A stretch of 64,000 nt of DNA, taken from assembly GCF_016433145.1 (NCBI RefSeq), contig NC_058130.1, forward strand, positions 131,786,912 through 131,850,911, given 5' to 3'. Position numbers and translations under genes: made by a program. Positions 24,388 through 37,024 of the stretch are shown here, piece by piece (the first letter of the stretch is position 1; the number at the start of each line of letters is the position of its first letter). The DNA is from Gracilinanus agilis (taxonomy: Eukaryota). The notes beneath the pieces are model-generated. The model did no database searches and was not told the origin of the DNA. It saw only the letters and a list, made by a program, of their open reading frames with translations.

Positions 24388-24722
24388 TTTTTTATTTGAA
24401 AAATTTTATTTAATTAATCAATTTAGAATATTTTCCATGGTTACGTGATCCATGTTCTTTCTCTCCCCTCCTCCTACCTTAGCCAATGAGCAATTCCACT
24501 GGGTTTTACATGTGTCATTGATCTATTTCCATATTATTGATATCTGAGGTGATTATTTAGAGTCTACCTCCCAAATCATATCCCCATCAACCCGTGTGTT
24601 CAAGCAGTTGTTTTTCTTCTGTTTCCACTCCTATAGTTCTTCCTCTGAATGTGGGTAGTGTTCTTTCTCATAAGTTCTTCAGAATTTTCCTGGACCATTG
24701 CATTGCTGCTAGTAGAGAAGTC
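24388..24722 (-). mobile_element. L1 3' UTR fragment
   Basis: Reverse complement of the 3' UTR seen at 36490-36820 (ttccatggttacgtgatccatg...caatgagcaattccactggg...cagttgtttttcttctg). No TSD found. Confidence 0.9.
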
Positions 24723-27089
24723 CAATAATGCTGTCTCTGATAACATTTCCATTACTGTCTTATAACTTATGACAATTTTTCAACGTTCTAAGTGCATGTA
24801 TTCTGGATTTCTACCTTTTTGGCAACAGATTTCAGTATGGACCCCTTTTGTTTGCTGCTGGAAATTAAACTATTAAAAAAAATCCCCGGGGAATGAGGTG
24901 GAAATTTTGTGAGCCAAAGAATAGGAGCAAAGGGAGCCTAGTCTACTTCTAATTAAAGATCAGGATCTCCCAGGACTGAGCCAAGTCCAGACCTTGTGAA
25001 TGGGTCCAAAGTTGAGAGGGACCCCTTAGTGGGGAAAGGAGTGGGCACAGTGCCCCAGCCCCCTAGGTCCAGCAGCTGGTGCTTTATGTTATTATGGGAA
25101 GATATTCAGGACCCCATTTGGTGGTTGGATGAATGAAGCAATTCTGGTTGGCAGAAAAACTAAGGAAGAGCATCTGGGGCTGAGGCAGATACATGCAGTG
25201 AGCTGGCCCCAATAGCCACAGAAATGTGTTTCTTTAGTTTGGTTTTGAATGGAAAGAAACGGTTAGAAATGTCGCTACGTGACAATTTTCTCTGATTTGA
25301 ACTGTAATTACATGCAGGAAACATTCTATGCTTTTATGGAACAGGCTTTTAAAAATGACTGTGAGAGGAATTACCTGCAAATCTAAACAAACAACCTGAA
25401 GGGTCAACTAACAGTATGTAACAGGGGCCTGGACAATGAGGGCCCAGTCCTGGGAGCATAGGCTCTGCCTGCTGCCAAATAGGTGGGGGGAGTGTTGGTG
25501 GGTGCCTAGGGATGCTGTGACTTTCTTGTAACTGCATGGCAAAGAAAAGCTTTTTAATTGGCTGCTTAACAGAACTGAGGGTGCATATAAAAGTTACATA
25601 TAACAGTCAAACTGAGCTCTCTCTTCCTAGCAGGTAAATAAGGCAAGAACTGTGAGTTTTATGCATGAGGAGTTGGATTGCACCAGAGGCTTGCTCTCTA
25701 AAATGTGGCTCTCAATGTACCATGGTCCCATTCCTTTGCCCCTCTGTTTTTGTTCTTCCTGGTCTTAAATGAATGCATGTAGGAGATGGAATGGAATAGG
25801 CTCTAAATTTTTAGCTGTGAAAGGCTGGAAGAGTCACCGAAAATCCATGAACTCATGTCCATACCAGAGTTTACACCAGCCTCTCTCAGGGAATCAGGAC
25901 TGTCCTGAAGAGAAGTGAATCAACCTGGCATGTTGACAAGGGAGTGATTCCATCCCTTGGCTGTGCTTCCTGCAGAATTGAACTTGGTAAGTGAATGTGG
26001 CTGCCATCTTAAATGTGAGGCCACTCTCCCTAGACACCAAGGTGAATGTGCCTTCAGTTCTAGGAGACATATTGCTACTTCTGCTCCTAGTATAACCCTT
26101 TGTAAAAAAAAAGCTGATTGATCTTAATTGGTTATTTAAGAGAGCCAGGAAATATCAAAGACTTAAATGATATTAGGGTGTTAATCACTGGAGATAATGT
26201 TAGAAGGGACCTGCCAGGATGGATGCTCAAGCAAGAATAACCCCACTGCACCTCGTTAGAATTCCTAGAGCCCTTGCAGAGGAGATGTAGCCAGCCATGC
26301 TTGGGGAACTTGACCTGCTTTTGTATGTGAATGTGGAGTTGGGGGAATAAGTCCAGAGTATCTCCATAAATAAGAAATGCTTTCAAGGAGGCCTACTATG
26401 ATGCCAGGCTCTGTGCTACATTCTGGGGATATAAGTATAAAGAACGAAATCATTCTTGTTTTCTTTAGCCAAAGGATTATTACACATTTTCAGTGTAGTT
26501 GTGAGCTAAGAAATGGGAGTCCCAATTGGGAAATATATCCCTTATCCCACTTCCTACACTATACCCAAAACATGTGGTTGTATATATCAAGAGCTCATGA
26601 CAACAGCAAGGACCAAAAAGCTTTATAACTCATGAATGGAATTGAGAAATATGACACATTCGGAAAATGAAAAATAATTCACTAAATTGTAGCCAAATTG
26701 ATTTTTACTAGATGATTAAGCACTTTTGCCAATAAAAGAAAATTTTCAGAATGGAGTGAACAGGTCGGTCAAAGCTTATCAAATTTGGCCTTTGAATTTC
26801 TAAAATTAAAGCTTTTTTTTTTTTAAAAAAAAAAAAAGCAAAAGTCCAAACAGAAGTTCTAGAATACTTAATTATTATCAAGAAAAATTTAGTTGATCTT
26901 TTCTTAATTGAATAAATCTTTCAGATTGTCCAAGGAATAGAGAGATGTCAGTTCCGGAAACTCAATAGTGATAGCTAGTCTCACTTGCATCTGAATTCCA
27001 GGTTGCCTCCAAGACAACTCCTTGAAAAGTAAATAATCCACAAGAAATGCAATGGGAAGGGAAGAGAACTGGGAAAATGGAAGCTCTTA

Positions 27090-28577
27090 AAAACAATACG
27101 GTACTGGCTAAGAGATAGAGAGGAGGATCAATGGAATAGACTTGGGGTTAATGACATCAGCAAGACAGTGTATGATAAACCCAAAGAGCCCAACTGTTGG
27201 GACATGAATCCACTATTTGACAAAAACTGCTGGGAAATTTGGAAAACAATATGGGAGAGATTAGGTCTAGATCAACATCTCACACCCTACACCAAGATAA
27301 ATTCAGAATGGGTGAATGACTTGAATATAAAGAGGGAAACTATAAATAAGTTAAGTGAACACAGAATAGTATACTTGTCAGATCTCTGGGAAAGGAAAGA
27401 CTTTAAAACCAAGCAAGAGTTAGAGAAAATTACAAAATGTAAATTAAATGGTTTTGATTATATTAGACTAAAAAGTTTTTGCACAAACAAAAACAATGTA
27501 GTCAAAATCAGAAGGGAAACAACAAATTGGGAAAAAAATCTTTATAACGAAAAACTCTGACAGGGGTCTAATTACTCAAATATACAAGGAGTTAAAGCAA
27601 TTGTATAAAAAAATCAAGCCATTCCCCAATTGATAAATGGGCAAGAGACATGAATAGGCAATTTTCAGGTAAAGAAATCAAAAGTATCAATAAGCACATG
27701 AGAAAGTGTTCTAAATCTCTAATAATTAGAGAAATGCAAATCAAAACAATTCTGAGGTATCACCTCACACCTAGCAGATTGGCTAAAATGAAAGAAGGGG
27801 AGAGTAATGAATGTTGGAGGGGATGTGGCAAAATTGGGACATTAATGCATTGCTGGTGGAGCTGTGAACTGATCCAGCCATTCTGGCTGGCAATTTGGAA
27901 CTATGCTCTAAGGGCTATAAAAGAATGCCTGCCCTTTGATCCAGCCATACCACTGCTGGGTTTGTACCCCAAAGAGATCATAGATAAACAGACTTGTACG
28001 AAAATATTTATAGCTGCGCTTTTTGTGGTGGCAACAAATTGGAAAAGGAGTTTTTTTTTTTCAATTGGGGAATGGCTGAACAAACTGTGGTATATGCGGG
28101 TGATGGAATACTATTGTGCTAAAAGGAATAATAAACTGGAGGAGTTCCAGGCGAACTGGAGAGACCTCCGGGAACAGATGCAGAGCGAAAGGAGCAGAGC
28201 CAGAAGAACATTGTACACAGAGACTGATATACTGTGGTAAAATTGAATGTAATGGACCTCTGTACCAGCAGCAATACAATGACCCAGGACAATTCTGAGG
28301 GATTTATGGTAAAGGCGCTACCCACATTCAGAGGAAGGACTGCAGGAGAGGAAACATATAAGAAAAACAACTGTTGAACACATGGGTCGGGGTGGACATG
28401 ATTGAGGGTGTGGACTTGAAACTACCACACCAATGCAACTATCAACAATTTGGAAACCAGTGGAAATGTGCATCGGCCATGGGTGGGGGGAGTGCGGGGG
28501 CGGGGCGAAGGGGAAAGGAGGAGCATGAATCATGTAACCATGTTAAAAATGAATATTAATAAATGTTTGAAAAAAAA
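27090..28577 (+). mobile_element. 5'-truncated opossum L1: ORF2 C-terminus, 3' UTR, G-rich tract, poly-A
   Basis: Track ORFs 27168-27560 and 27650-28240 are L1 ORF2 (GLDQHLTPYTKINSEW; CWRGCGKIGTLMHCWW cysteine-rich region), with a frameshift near 27535. G-tract at 28481-28520, A8 at 28570. Confidence 0.97.
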
Positions 28578-28859
28578 TGCTGAAGGAAGGGACAGTAACT
28601 CATCCATATAATCTTTATAGGTTGCTGGTAGAATATTGAGGAAGGAGGCCCTTTTCTGGGTTGGCTACACCTCTCTGTTGATCACATCATTTAAATGACA
28701 AAGATGATGGCTTTCAAAGAAAATGGATTGCAACCTAGCTGCAGAGTTCTCTAATCCCCACAGGACATTCAGATAGAGCTCATCAGGTGTACTCAGTTTG
28801 GGAGTAGAAGGCTCTCTTAAAAGGAGAAGATAAGTTCTGTTTTAGACATGCTACATTCT

Positions 28860-29280
28860 TAGGAGCCTAGATTTACTTCATACTATTCTCCTTCACATAT
28901 TTTATGTTCTTTTCAAATTGGAATACCCATTGTTTTCTGATAATGGCCCTCCCTGACCAGCTTCTGTGCATTCTCCATTCCTCATGGTTGAAATGTACTC
29001 CTTTCGACTCCTTAAAAGTCTAGAGAAGCTGCCACCTCCTTCATAAAGTTCTCCTTGATCCACATTCCAACCCCCATGAAAGTAGTCTCTTCCTCCTCCT
29101 CAAATTTCCAGAGAACATTTTGTCTGGTATCTCCTTACTTCTATCACATTCTGCCTTGTACATTACTTATTTGTCTATATGTAATATCCCATTAGACTAA
29201 GTTGTTTGAAAGTAAGTGCTGAACTGTTTTTCATCCTTGTATTCCCAGCACCTAATATCATGTCTTGTACCAATACATTA
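28860..29280 (+). mobile_element. L2 3' end
   Basis: gaaatgtactcctttcgactcctt...ccacctccttcataaagttctcc...attcccagcacctaatatcatg. Confidence 0.7.
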
Positions 29281-29759
29281 ATATATCAAGGACTTGGGAT
29301 TTTGTCACTGTAGAAACCCCATTCTTAGGGCAGATTTAAACTTACCTATTTATCAAGGAGGTCTATATTTATATTATAGAGCTATGGAGCAACAATGCCC
29401 TACTTGGATGAGAGCTCTTTCTAATTATAATTATGTATATGTTTCTACCACAAATTGGGTTAATTGAGACCTAGACCTAGATCTAGACAAGAGAGCTTCT
29501 AGCTTTTAAGACTATCCTATTTGCTATTTATCCAAGTGACATAAGCAAACCACGCCAGCATCTAAGCCCTTTAAATGATCATGACCAAGATGGGTCCTCT
29601 TCAAGTTGGCCACATTCACATACTTTAGTGGTATCACTGTCCCCTGTACATTATCTCCTGAGCAGATTCTGCTGAGTATATCCATAGTACACAAAGAAAG
29701 ACTTCTCACAGTTTTCTAGTCTCTTTTTGTAACCAAAGGATTTTTTTGCTCTTCTGTTT

Positions 29760-30720
29760 CCACTATTCTTAGCTGATTGGCTACCAAGTTCTATTAATTT
29801 CCCTTCACTGTATCTCCTGCATCTATCCTGTTCTTTCTATTCCCATGGTCAGTACTCTAGCAGGGACCCAGATTACCACCCATTTGGCCAACTGCAACAT
29901 CTTTCTAACTATTCATCTAATTCATCCTTTATCTCCTTTAAACTCTTCACCACGACTTTACCTGACTAATCATATCATGTCACTCTTGACTCAAACCCTT
30001 CAACTCAACAAACATTTACTAAGCACATATGATGTACTATTTTGGAAAAAATACTGGGAATAGAAAGATAAAAGTAAAATAGTCTTTGGTGTAAAAAAAT
30101 CTTCCATCCTACAGGGGGCATACCACACAAGCAAATACAAAGGGAATAAATATAAATTACAAAAGTAGATAAGTAAATACAAAAATAATTTGATGATGGA
30201 GGGATGGAGGCAGAGAGGGAAAGGGAGAGAGAAAGAAAGAGAGAGAGGGGAACACAACAATCAGGGGAATCAGGCTTCAAAGAGGGCAGGGCAAACTGAG
30301 CTAAGCCTTGAAAAAAATGAAGGATTATAAGTGAAAAAGAAAAGACAGTTTACTCTAGGAAGAAGCAATAGTCTGAGAAGTCACGGAAAACTAGAAATGA
30401 AATGCCAAGTTGCGAAATAGATATCAGACCAGTTTGGATGGAACACAGGGCTAATGAAGTAGAGTATGAAATAAGAATGAAAGGGTAGGGGAGAAGCAGC
30501 GTGTAGAAGGCTCTAACTACCAAAATGAAGAGATTATATTTTATCCTAGAGGCAACATGGAGCCATTAAAAAATTTTGAGAAGGAAAATGACATGCTCAG
30601 GCTTGCACCTGAAGAAGATTATTTCAAAGGATAGTCTGGAGTGGCAGAAGATTAGAAGTAGGAAAACCAGTAAGGAAGTTAATACAGAAAAATAGGTGAG
30701 AGGTAATGAAGGCTTGCTAG
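29760..30720. mobile_element. L2 fragments in both orientations
   Basis: + strand L2 body at about 29760-30000. Minus-strand L2 3' end from caacaaacatttactaagcac (30006) and purine-rich body to about 30720. Confidence 0.7.
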
Positions 30721-30779
30721 CTGCCTTCTGGACATTTCCTTCCTCCAAGCTCCTGTACAAAGGGTGCACTCCATTTTTG

Positions 30780-33700
30780 GACTAGAGTGACTTTATGTAA
30801 ATAACAAGATGGAACACTAAACATTGTCTCTGATACCCATGACTTCTCTCAAATCTCCCCCAAAATATGCACCAAAGATAAAGCAACTTCAGCTGTTTCT
30901 GTGCCTTAAGACACTCCAAATCCAAAAGAAGGTTTTTTTAAAAGGCCCCTAAACTTATGCTCACTGACCCTGAGCTCATTTAGCATCTGTGCCCTAGTTT
31001 CCATGAAACTGTGAGAGGGGATGCACTAGCAGATCCAACATAGACTTATATATAACCCACCACTATACTCTCTGATCTTCCCTCTTTCTAGTGGAGCTGT
31101 GGAGACCCCAGCTCCAGATTACAGAAATTTGCTCTGGCTCTTCAAAAGCAAAAGCCTTCTAGGACCCATAATCCTATAACACTAGCACTGCAAAACTTTG
31201 AAATATCAGTGCTGGGTCAAAGAACCTAAGATCAGAAGGAATGGGACAGGACACTAGGAAAAAGAAACTATGTTTAGGGGTGGGGTGGGAAGTTCTTATA
31301 GTACTTCACTAAGTCTGAGAAAACAAACAGAGTTCCAGTTGGGTCCAGTTCTGACCCCAGAGGTCACCTGTAGCAGAAACCTAGGCTGGTGAACTGTACA
31401 TTGCATGGAATGGAAGGAGGCTCAGATACATTGAGATCCCAGCTCCAAGGATACCATAATCAGAGAGGAGAGAGTCAAAAAGTGAGTGGCAGGGTTAAGT
31501 GACAGTGATAAGGTTGTTGGGGGAAATACTAAGATTATGCAGGATTTCAGAAGAAAGAAAACTTCAAGACCTTGAACAATAAATTAACAGGAAAAACAAT
31601 AACAACAAAAGAAAATATGGCCAGATCTAGTAAATTAATAAAGTCATTTATGAAGAAATACTACAAAATAAATGAAAATTATCCAACAATTGGGATAGAA
31701 GACCTTGTGGAATTTAAAGAGAGCATGGACCAATAACATGCTATTCTTGAGTGTCTCAAAAGAGAAATGAGAATTATGAAAGCATAGCTTATGGCCTGCA
31801 CAGCAAAAATAATCGACAGAATAGAATAACTGGAACTCTCAATGGCAAGTCGTACTAAAGAAACAAAAAAGAAAACAGTAGAGTGGGAATGCAAATGCAC
31901 AGAAGTGACAATCTAGAAAAAGAGGAGGAAAAAAACCAATTTATTATTATAATTAAATAATTATTATAAATTAAAATATTAAAAGAAAATATGCTCATTA
32001 TGCAAGCAAAAATGACATTGAAGGTTACATAGAGACAATCTAAGGATCATTGACCTACCAGGAAAATGCAATAGGACAGAAAACCTTAACATGATAAATA
32101 AGGAAATAATAAAGACAACTCCCAAGAATATTATACATAGAAAAATAAAATATCAACTGAAAGAATTCACAGATCATTTCCAGGGGGCCAGGGAACTCAA
32201 GGTTACAAACTCCAAGATACATAATGGTTAAATTTAACAACCCAATTCAGAAACACCAAGCAAGGGAGAAATGAGTAGAAAGACTTTTAAATACAAAGGA
32301 AAGGAAATTTGACTAATGAAAGATTATTCTGTACTCACTAGAAAAATTAGGAAGGAATGGAATAATGTGTTCCAAAAAGCAATGGAGCTCAGGATGCAGT
32401 CCAGAGAGACCTACCCTACAAATCTGTGCTTAATCATACATTTAAAAAGATGGCTATTAATGATCCAGAACAATTCTGAGGGACTCATGAAAAAGAACAC
32501 TAACCACATCCAGAGAAAGAACTGTGGGAGTAGAAACACAGAAGAAAAACAACTGCTTAATCACATTGTTCAATGGGGATATGATTGGGGATGTAGACTC
32601 TAAACAATCACTCTATTGCAAATATTAATAATATGGAAATAGGTCTTGATCAGTGATACATGTGAAATCCAGTGTAATTGCTTGTTGGCTGTGGGACGGG
32701 GGTGGGAGGAAGGGAGGGAAAGAACCATGGGAAAAATATTCTAAATTAATTAATTAAATAAATAAACTTAATTTTTAAAAGATGGCTATTCAATAAAAAA
32801 GAAGTATTTGAAACATTTTTAGAAAGAGAACCAGAACTAAAGGGATAATTTGCCTCTCAAACAACCCAAACAACATAAATGCAAGAGGAGCGAATAAATC
32901 TAGCAGCCAGGGACAAAAACAACATAGTGACAGCAGAGAGACCAGTAAGAAAAGTCTTTCTAAATGTACACAAGGAAATGAGGGAAGGTAGAAATCTGGT
33001 GGAGGTAACAGTGAAGGGGCAGACAGAGGGTATCTTGTCTACAGGTGAATTAACATTTTTTGTGGGTCCACATTACAATATGGGAGGGTTCATAAAAAGG
33101 GAAAAGAGAGCAGGGGAATATGTAATATACTAGAGTTAAATTAGGGCTATCAGTGAGGGGAAGGTGTCCTTGGTGCCCTCAGAAAAAGAAATGCATATAG
33201 GAGATTAGATAAAGAGGGAGGAGAGGGTTAAAAAGTGGAGGAAGGGAGGAGGGCGGCCTTACTTTGAGGGTGAGAGGGGATTCCACCAATGAAAGCTCCT
33301 ATGAATAAAGAGAGATAGTCTATGAAGGGAGATGAAGATCTTACACTGGGTTTTGGCTCAGGGGATTTGATGTTTAAAAGATCTACTCATCCTCCATCAG
33401 TAAAAGGGGAATTGGAACTCCTAGGGACAACCAGTACCTGGGGGAGTAGATAGCATGGATTAACAGATTTGAAGTAAATGTGGGGAAAAAGATAATCAGA
33501 GAAGGGAAGAGATCAGGGGTGGGCTGCATCAGCAGGGACCTGGTAGGGAGTGAGACCTAGCAAGGGGCAGTGTCCTCCATGATATTTACAATAATTTACA
33601 TTTTTCTGAAATTGAGGCACGATGGAAAAGGGAATCCATGGGGCAAGCTCAACAAGACAGTGATTGAAACTATCTAGAAGGGAATATAGCCTAGAATGGA

Positions 33701-34150
33701 TACCTTGGAAGTTTTGATTACATGAAGAATATAGAGAAAAGAGAAAGATCAGACATTTAAAGGATCATGAATCAGATAATGAAGGTCTAGAGTAGACAGA
33801 AAGAGAGGAGGGATAATGAAGAGAGTGAGAATTCCATTTTAGAAAGGGGCAAAAATGAAAAAAATGTTAAAAGCCTAATAAACAGGATAATTTGAAAAGC
33901 AGGAGATGGAGGGGGAATCTACTTGACTAAGAGAGAGGGGGTAAAGGGGGAGGGGGAATAATTATATAACCAGATAAAAGCAAGAAAGAAAAAGGAACAA
34001 GCAAAACTCCAAAAAGAGGTAACAAATGAAAGGAAAGGATCAAGGATAAAGGGATGAGAGCCAATGGGAAAGAGGCCACCTTATAGAAGGATTAAAATAA
34101 AGTAACTGAAGGGGCATAATATATTCTGTTTATGGCAGAAGAGGGAAAAC
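30780..34150 (+). mobile_element. HAL1-like (L1 ORF1-only) element, decayed, possibly near full length
   Basis: Degenerate ORF1 at 31617-32878 (RDNLRIIDLPG; KTFKYKGKE; RKEWNNVFQKAMELRMQ; KRWLFNKKEVFETFLEREPEL). aacaagatgg near 30800 resembles an L1-type 5' start. About 1.3 kb of purine-rich sequence follows, with no ORF2 motifs. Outer boundaries are uncertain. Confidence 0.7.
32459..32776 (+). mobile_element. L1 3' UTR insertion inside the HAL1-like ORF1
   Basis: Homologous to 36500-36820. 14-bp TSD aaaagatggctatt at 32445-32458 and 32777-32790. Confidence 0.93.
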
Positions 34151-34309
34151 TAGTTTAATTCTTCACCTTTACCTCTTAGAGTTGCTGGTTTCCTTTCCAG
34201 CATTGCTCAGGTGCCACCTACATAAAGCAAGTTGTTAGCACTCCCTCTCTTAAAATTACTTTGCATTACTTTGTCTATAGAATTACAGATTTTTATAAGA
34301 GTTGGAAGA

Positions 34310-34640
34310 GAGCTCAGCGAGCATGTGTGTAGGCAGCTGGGATGCAGCCAGTAGATAAAGAGAAACTGAAGATTAGAGACAGAGAAGAAAAAAGAGCTAA
34401 AAAAACCAGGCTTCTGGAGGAGATACAAAGGGTTAAGATCAAAGGCACAAGTAGAAGAGTTGGCCTTAGCAAGGAGAAGATTTGCCAGACTCTAGAGCAA
34501 AGGGTTATAAAATGGAAGATGACATAGAGAGGTTCTGAGGTGTGGAAAAGGGAAGATGATGATTCCAATAGCCTCAGAAAAGTAGGATCTTCAGGAAATT
34601 AGTAACAAGGTCCTCTGCTGGGAGGGATGTGGTAAGGTAA
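34310..34640 (-). mobile_element. L2 ORF2 fragment
   Basis: Minus strand reads IFSFSLSTGCIPAAYTH, matching the L2 RT-proximal motif also seen at 46270-46330 (FNLSLSTSSFPAAYKH). Confidence 0.85.
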
Positions 34641-35487
34641 GGGTTAAAAAAATAAAACAAAACTGGAGTTGGGGTGTTGGACTAGATGGTTTCCATGGTT
34701 TTTTCTCTAGTCTAAATTCAGTGATCCCATGAAAGTCACAGAATCACAGAATTGTACACTCTTGGTCTGGAAGTGATCTCGGGGGTTTTTGAGGCTGTCT
34801 TGTGCCTTAATAGAAATTCCTTCTATGGAATTCACCAAAAGTGAACAGCCTTTTCCCACTGTTTAGAAGTGAATTTTTTTCTCCTTTTGCTTCCTGGGTA
34901 AGGCTCTTAGTGGTCAGAAAAGTGAAATGAAGAGTCTCAAGGGTCCACAGTAGACCGAGGAACTAGGCTTGATTAGAGGAAGGTCCTCTCTGACTTCACT
35001 CATTTGCTTCCTGCCCCAAGAATCTCCCTTTCAGGATACCTAGAAGGCAGCACTTTCCTCAAACCCTTACTACTAAGCATTTGCATTTAAATTCCTTCTG
35101 TAGTTCATTTCTTCCTGGTTTAGCTCATCATTTACTCATCTCCAGAAATAATGATAAAAATAACTAAATTGTTCAATGCCATATTCTTACATACAATAAG
35201 TTAGGTATATGTGGGAGTGGTGGGGGAAGAGTTACTTACAGACCTATCTATCGCTCCTATTTTCTTAGGATTTCAATTTTTAACTTAATATGGTACAGAG
35301 GTTGTTTTTCACCCTGCTGGCATCTAAACCTGGTGTTTTCTTAAATGCAAAAGAACAAAAAAAATCTGCTTAATAGCATTTACATGTAAATGGCTTATCT
35401 AGTCACTGCACTGACACTATCATCCCATGGAGGGAAAAGAGTATTGCTTCAGGAGTTTATCCTAATATGATTTTGTTTCTACAGAGC

Positions 35488-35501
35488 ACTGCCATGGCAA
35501 C
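35488..35501. promoter_or_regulatory. RFX X-box-like palindrome
   Basis: actgccatggcaac matches GTTGCCATGGCAAC at 12 of 14 positions, in apparently non-repeat sequence. Confidence 0.45.
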
Positions 35502-36070
35502 CTGGAGCTTTGCTGCACCGCAGCACAACCTGTCCCCCCACCCCTCCTCATTCCCCCATGTAGAGTCAACCTGAGAAGAGAGTAGGACTCTGTCCAGTAC
35601 TGGGGCTATAGCTACAGTAGCTCAACCTTGCTCTTTGTAATCCAAAGACAAATGCAAATACTTTGGGAATTGCCAATTTCACAGTAGAGGATCGTGGAAT
35701 TTTAGAGCTAGAAAGAACTGAAGACACCATCTGATTCAACTGCCTCATTGTACAAAGGAAAAAACTAAGGCCTCAAAATGGGCATAACTTGCAAGCATAG
35801 TTAGTAGCAGAGCCAGATTCAAAATCAGGTCTTCTGATTGCAAATCCAATGTGTTTTTTCAGCTATTTAGGATCTCCCAAAAATCTTAGTGCAGTTTTAA
35901 AGCTAAACCTTAAAGCTTTGATGTAAAAGTCAAACATCAAAGTTTTAACTGTAAAGCTGCATTAAATCTTTTGGGATATCCAACAGAGTATACTGGATAC
36001 AGCCTTATCCTTTTCTTGGATAGGTCTCAGTTCAAAGCTCAAACACTCTTCAAGGATTCTATTTTTTTTT

Positions 36071-36833
36071 TGGCAAAAAACTGAAAAATGAGGGGATGTC
36101 CATTGATTGGGGTATGGCTGAACAAAATGCGGTATCTGATGGTGATGGAATACTATTGTGCTGAAAGGAATAATGAACTGGAGGAATTCCATGTGAACTG
36201 GAAAGACCTCCAGGAATTGATGCAGAGTGTAAATTAGTATTTCACATGTAAATGTGAAGTCAGAAAATGTTTTATGTGTTGTCCAGTGTGATCTGCCCAT
36301 GTAATGAAGTGTTACATACTTACTCCTCCGGAATTCCTTATTTTCCAGAGTTCTCCAGAATGATGTACCACTCCGAATGCATACCGGGAATCAGTGAATT
36401 TACAAGAGTGAAAGAAGCAGAATCAGGAGAAATTATACACAGAGATTGATACATTATGGCACAATCAAATATAATAGACTTTTCTATTAATAGCAATGCA
36501 ATGATCCAGGACAATCCAGAGGAACTTATGAGAAAGAATGCTGTCCACATCCAGAGAAAGAACTGTGGGAGCAGAAATGCAGAAGAAAAACATATGACTG
36601 ATCACATGGTTTGATGGGGATATGATTGGGGATGATGACTTTAAAAGATCACACTATTGCAAATATTAATAATATGAAAATATTTTCAATAGGTTTTGAA
36701 CAATGATACATGTAAAGCCCAATGGAATTGCTTGTGGACTCTGGGAGGGGGGAGGAAGGAGGGGAAGGAAAGAACATGAATCATGTAACCATGGAAAAAT
36801 ACTAAATTAATTAATTAAATTCAAAGGGGGGGA
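36071..36833 (+). mobile_element. 5'-truncated L1 (ORF2 end and 3' UTR)
   Basis: KMRGCPLIGVWLNKM...EYYCAERNNELEEFHVNWKDLQELMQS, then the 3' UTR. 19-bp TSD aaggattctattttttttt at 36052-36070 and 36834-36852. Confidence 0.95.
36228..36404. mobile_element. 177-bp TG...CA element (short solo-LTR-like or MITE) nested in L1
   Basis: 8-bp TIR tgtaaatt/aatttaca and 4-bp TSD agag (36224-36227, 36405-36408). Removing it restores the L1 sequence gatgcagagtgaaag. Confidence 0.85.
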
Positions 36834-37024
36834 AAGGATTCTATTTTTTTTTCCTGAAGCCTTCTCTAAATCTTTTAGCCCACAGTAGTTATAATAACCA
36901 GTGTATATATGCATAAGAATACATATATATTTTTCCTTAATTTCTCAAGTTATCCAGGGCAAGTGACTTGATTTCTGAATCAATAGGCATTTATTTTAGT
37001 GCTCTAGGCAACTTTCAAAGACTA

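Noticed and set aside
25815-25992. + strand donor TTG|gtaagt near 25986 with upstream acceptors
   Set aside because: All frames contain stops and no partner exon was found.
27168-28240. 130-aa and 196-aa ORFs as host genes
   Set aside because: They are frameshifted pieces of L1 ORF2.
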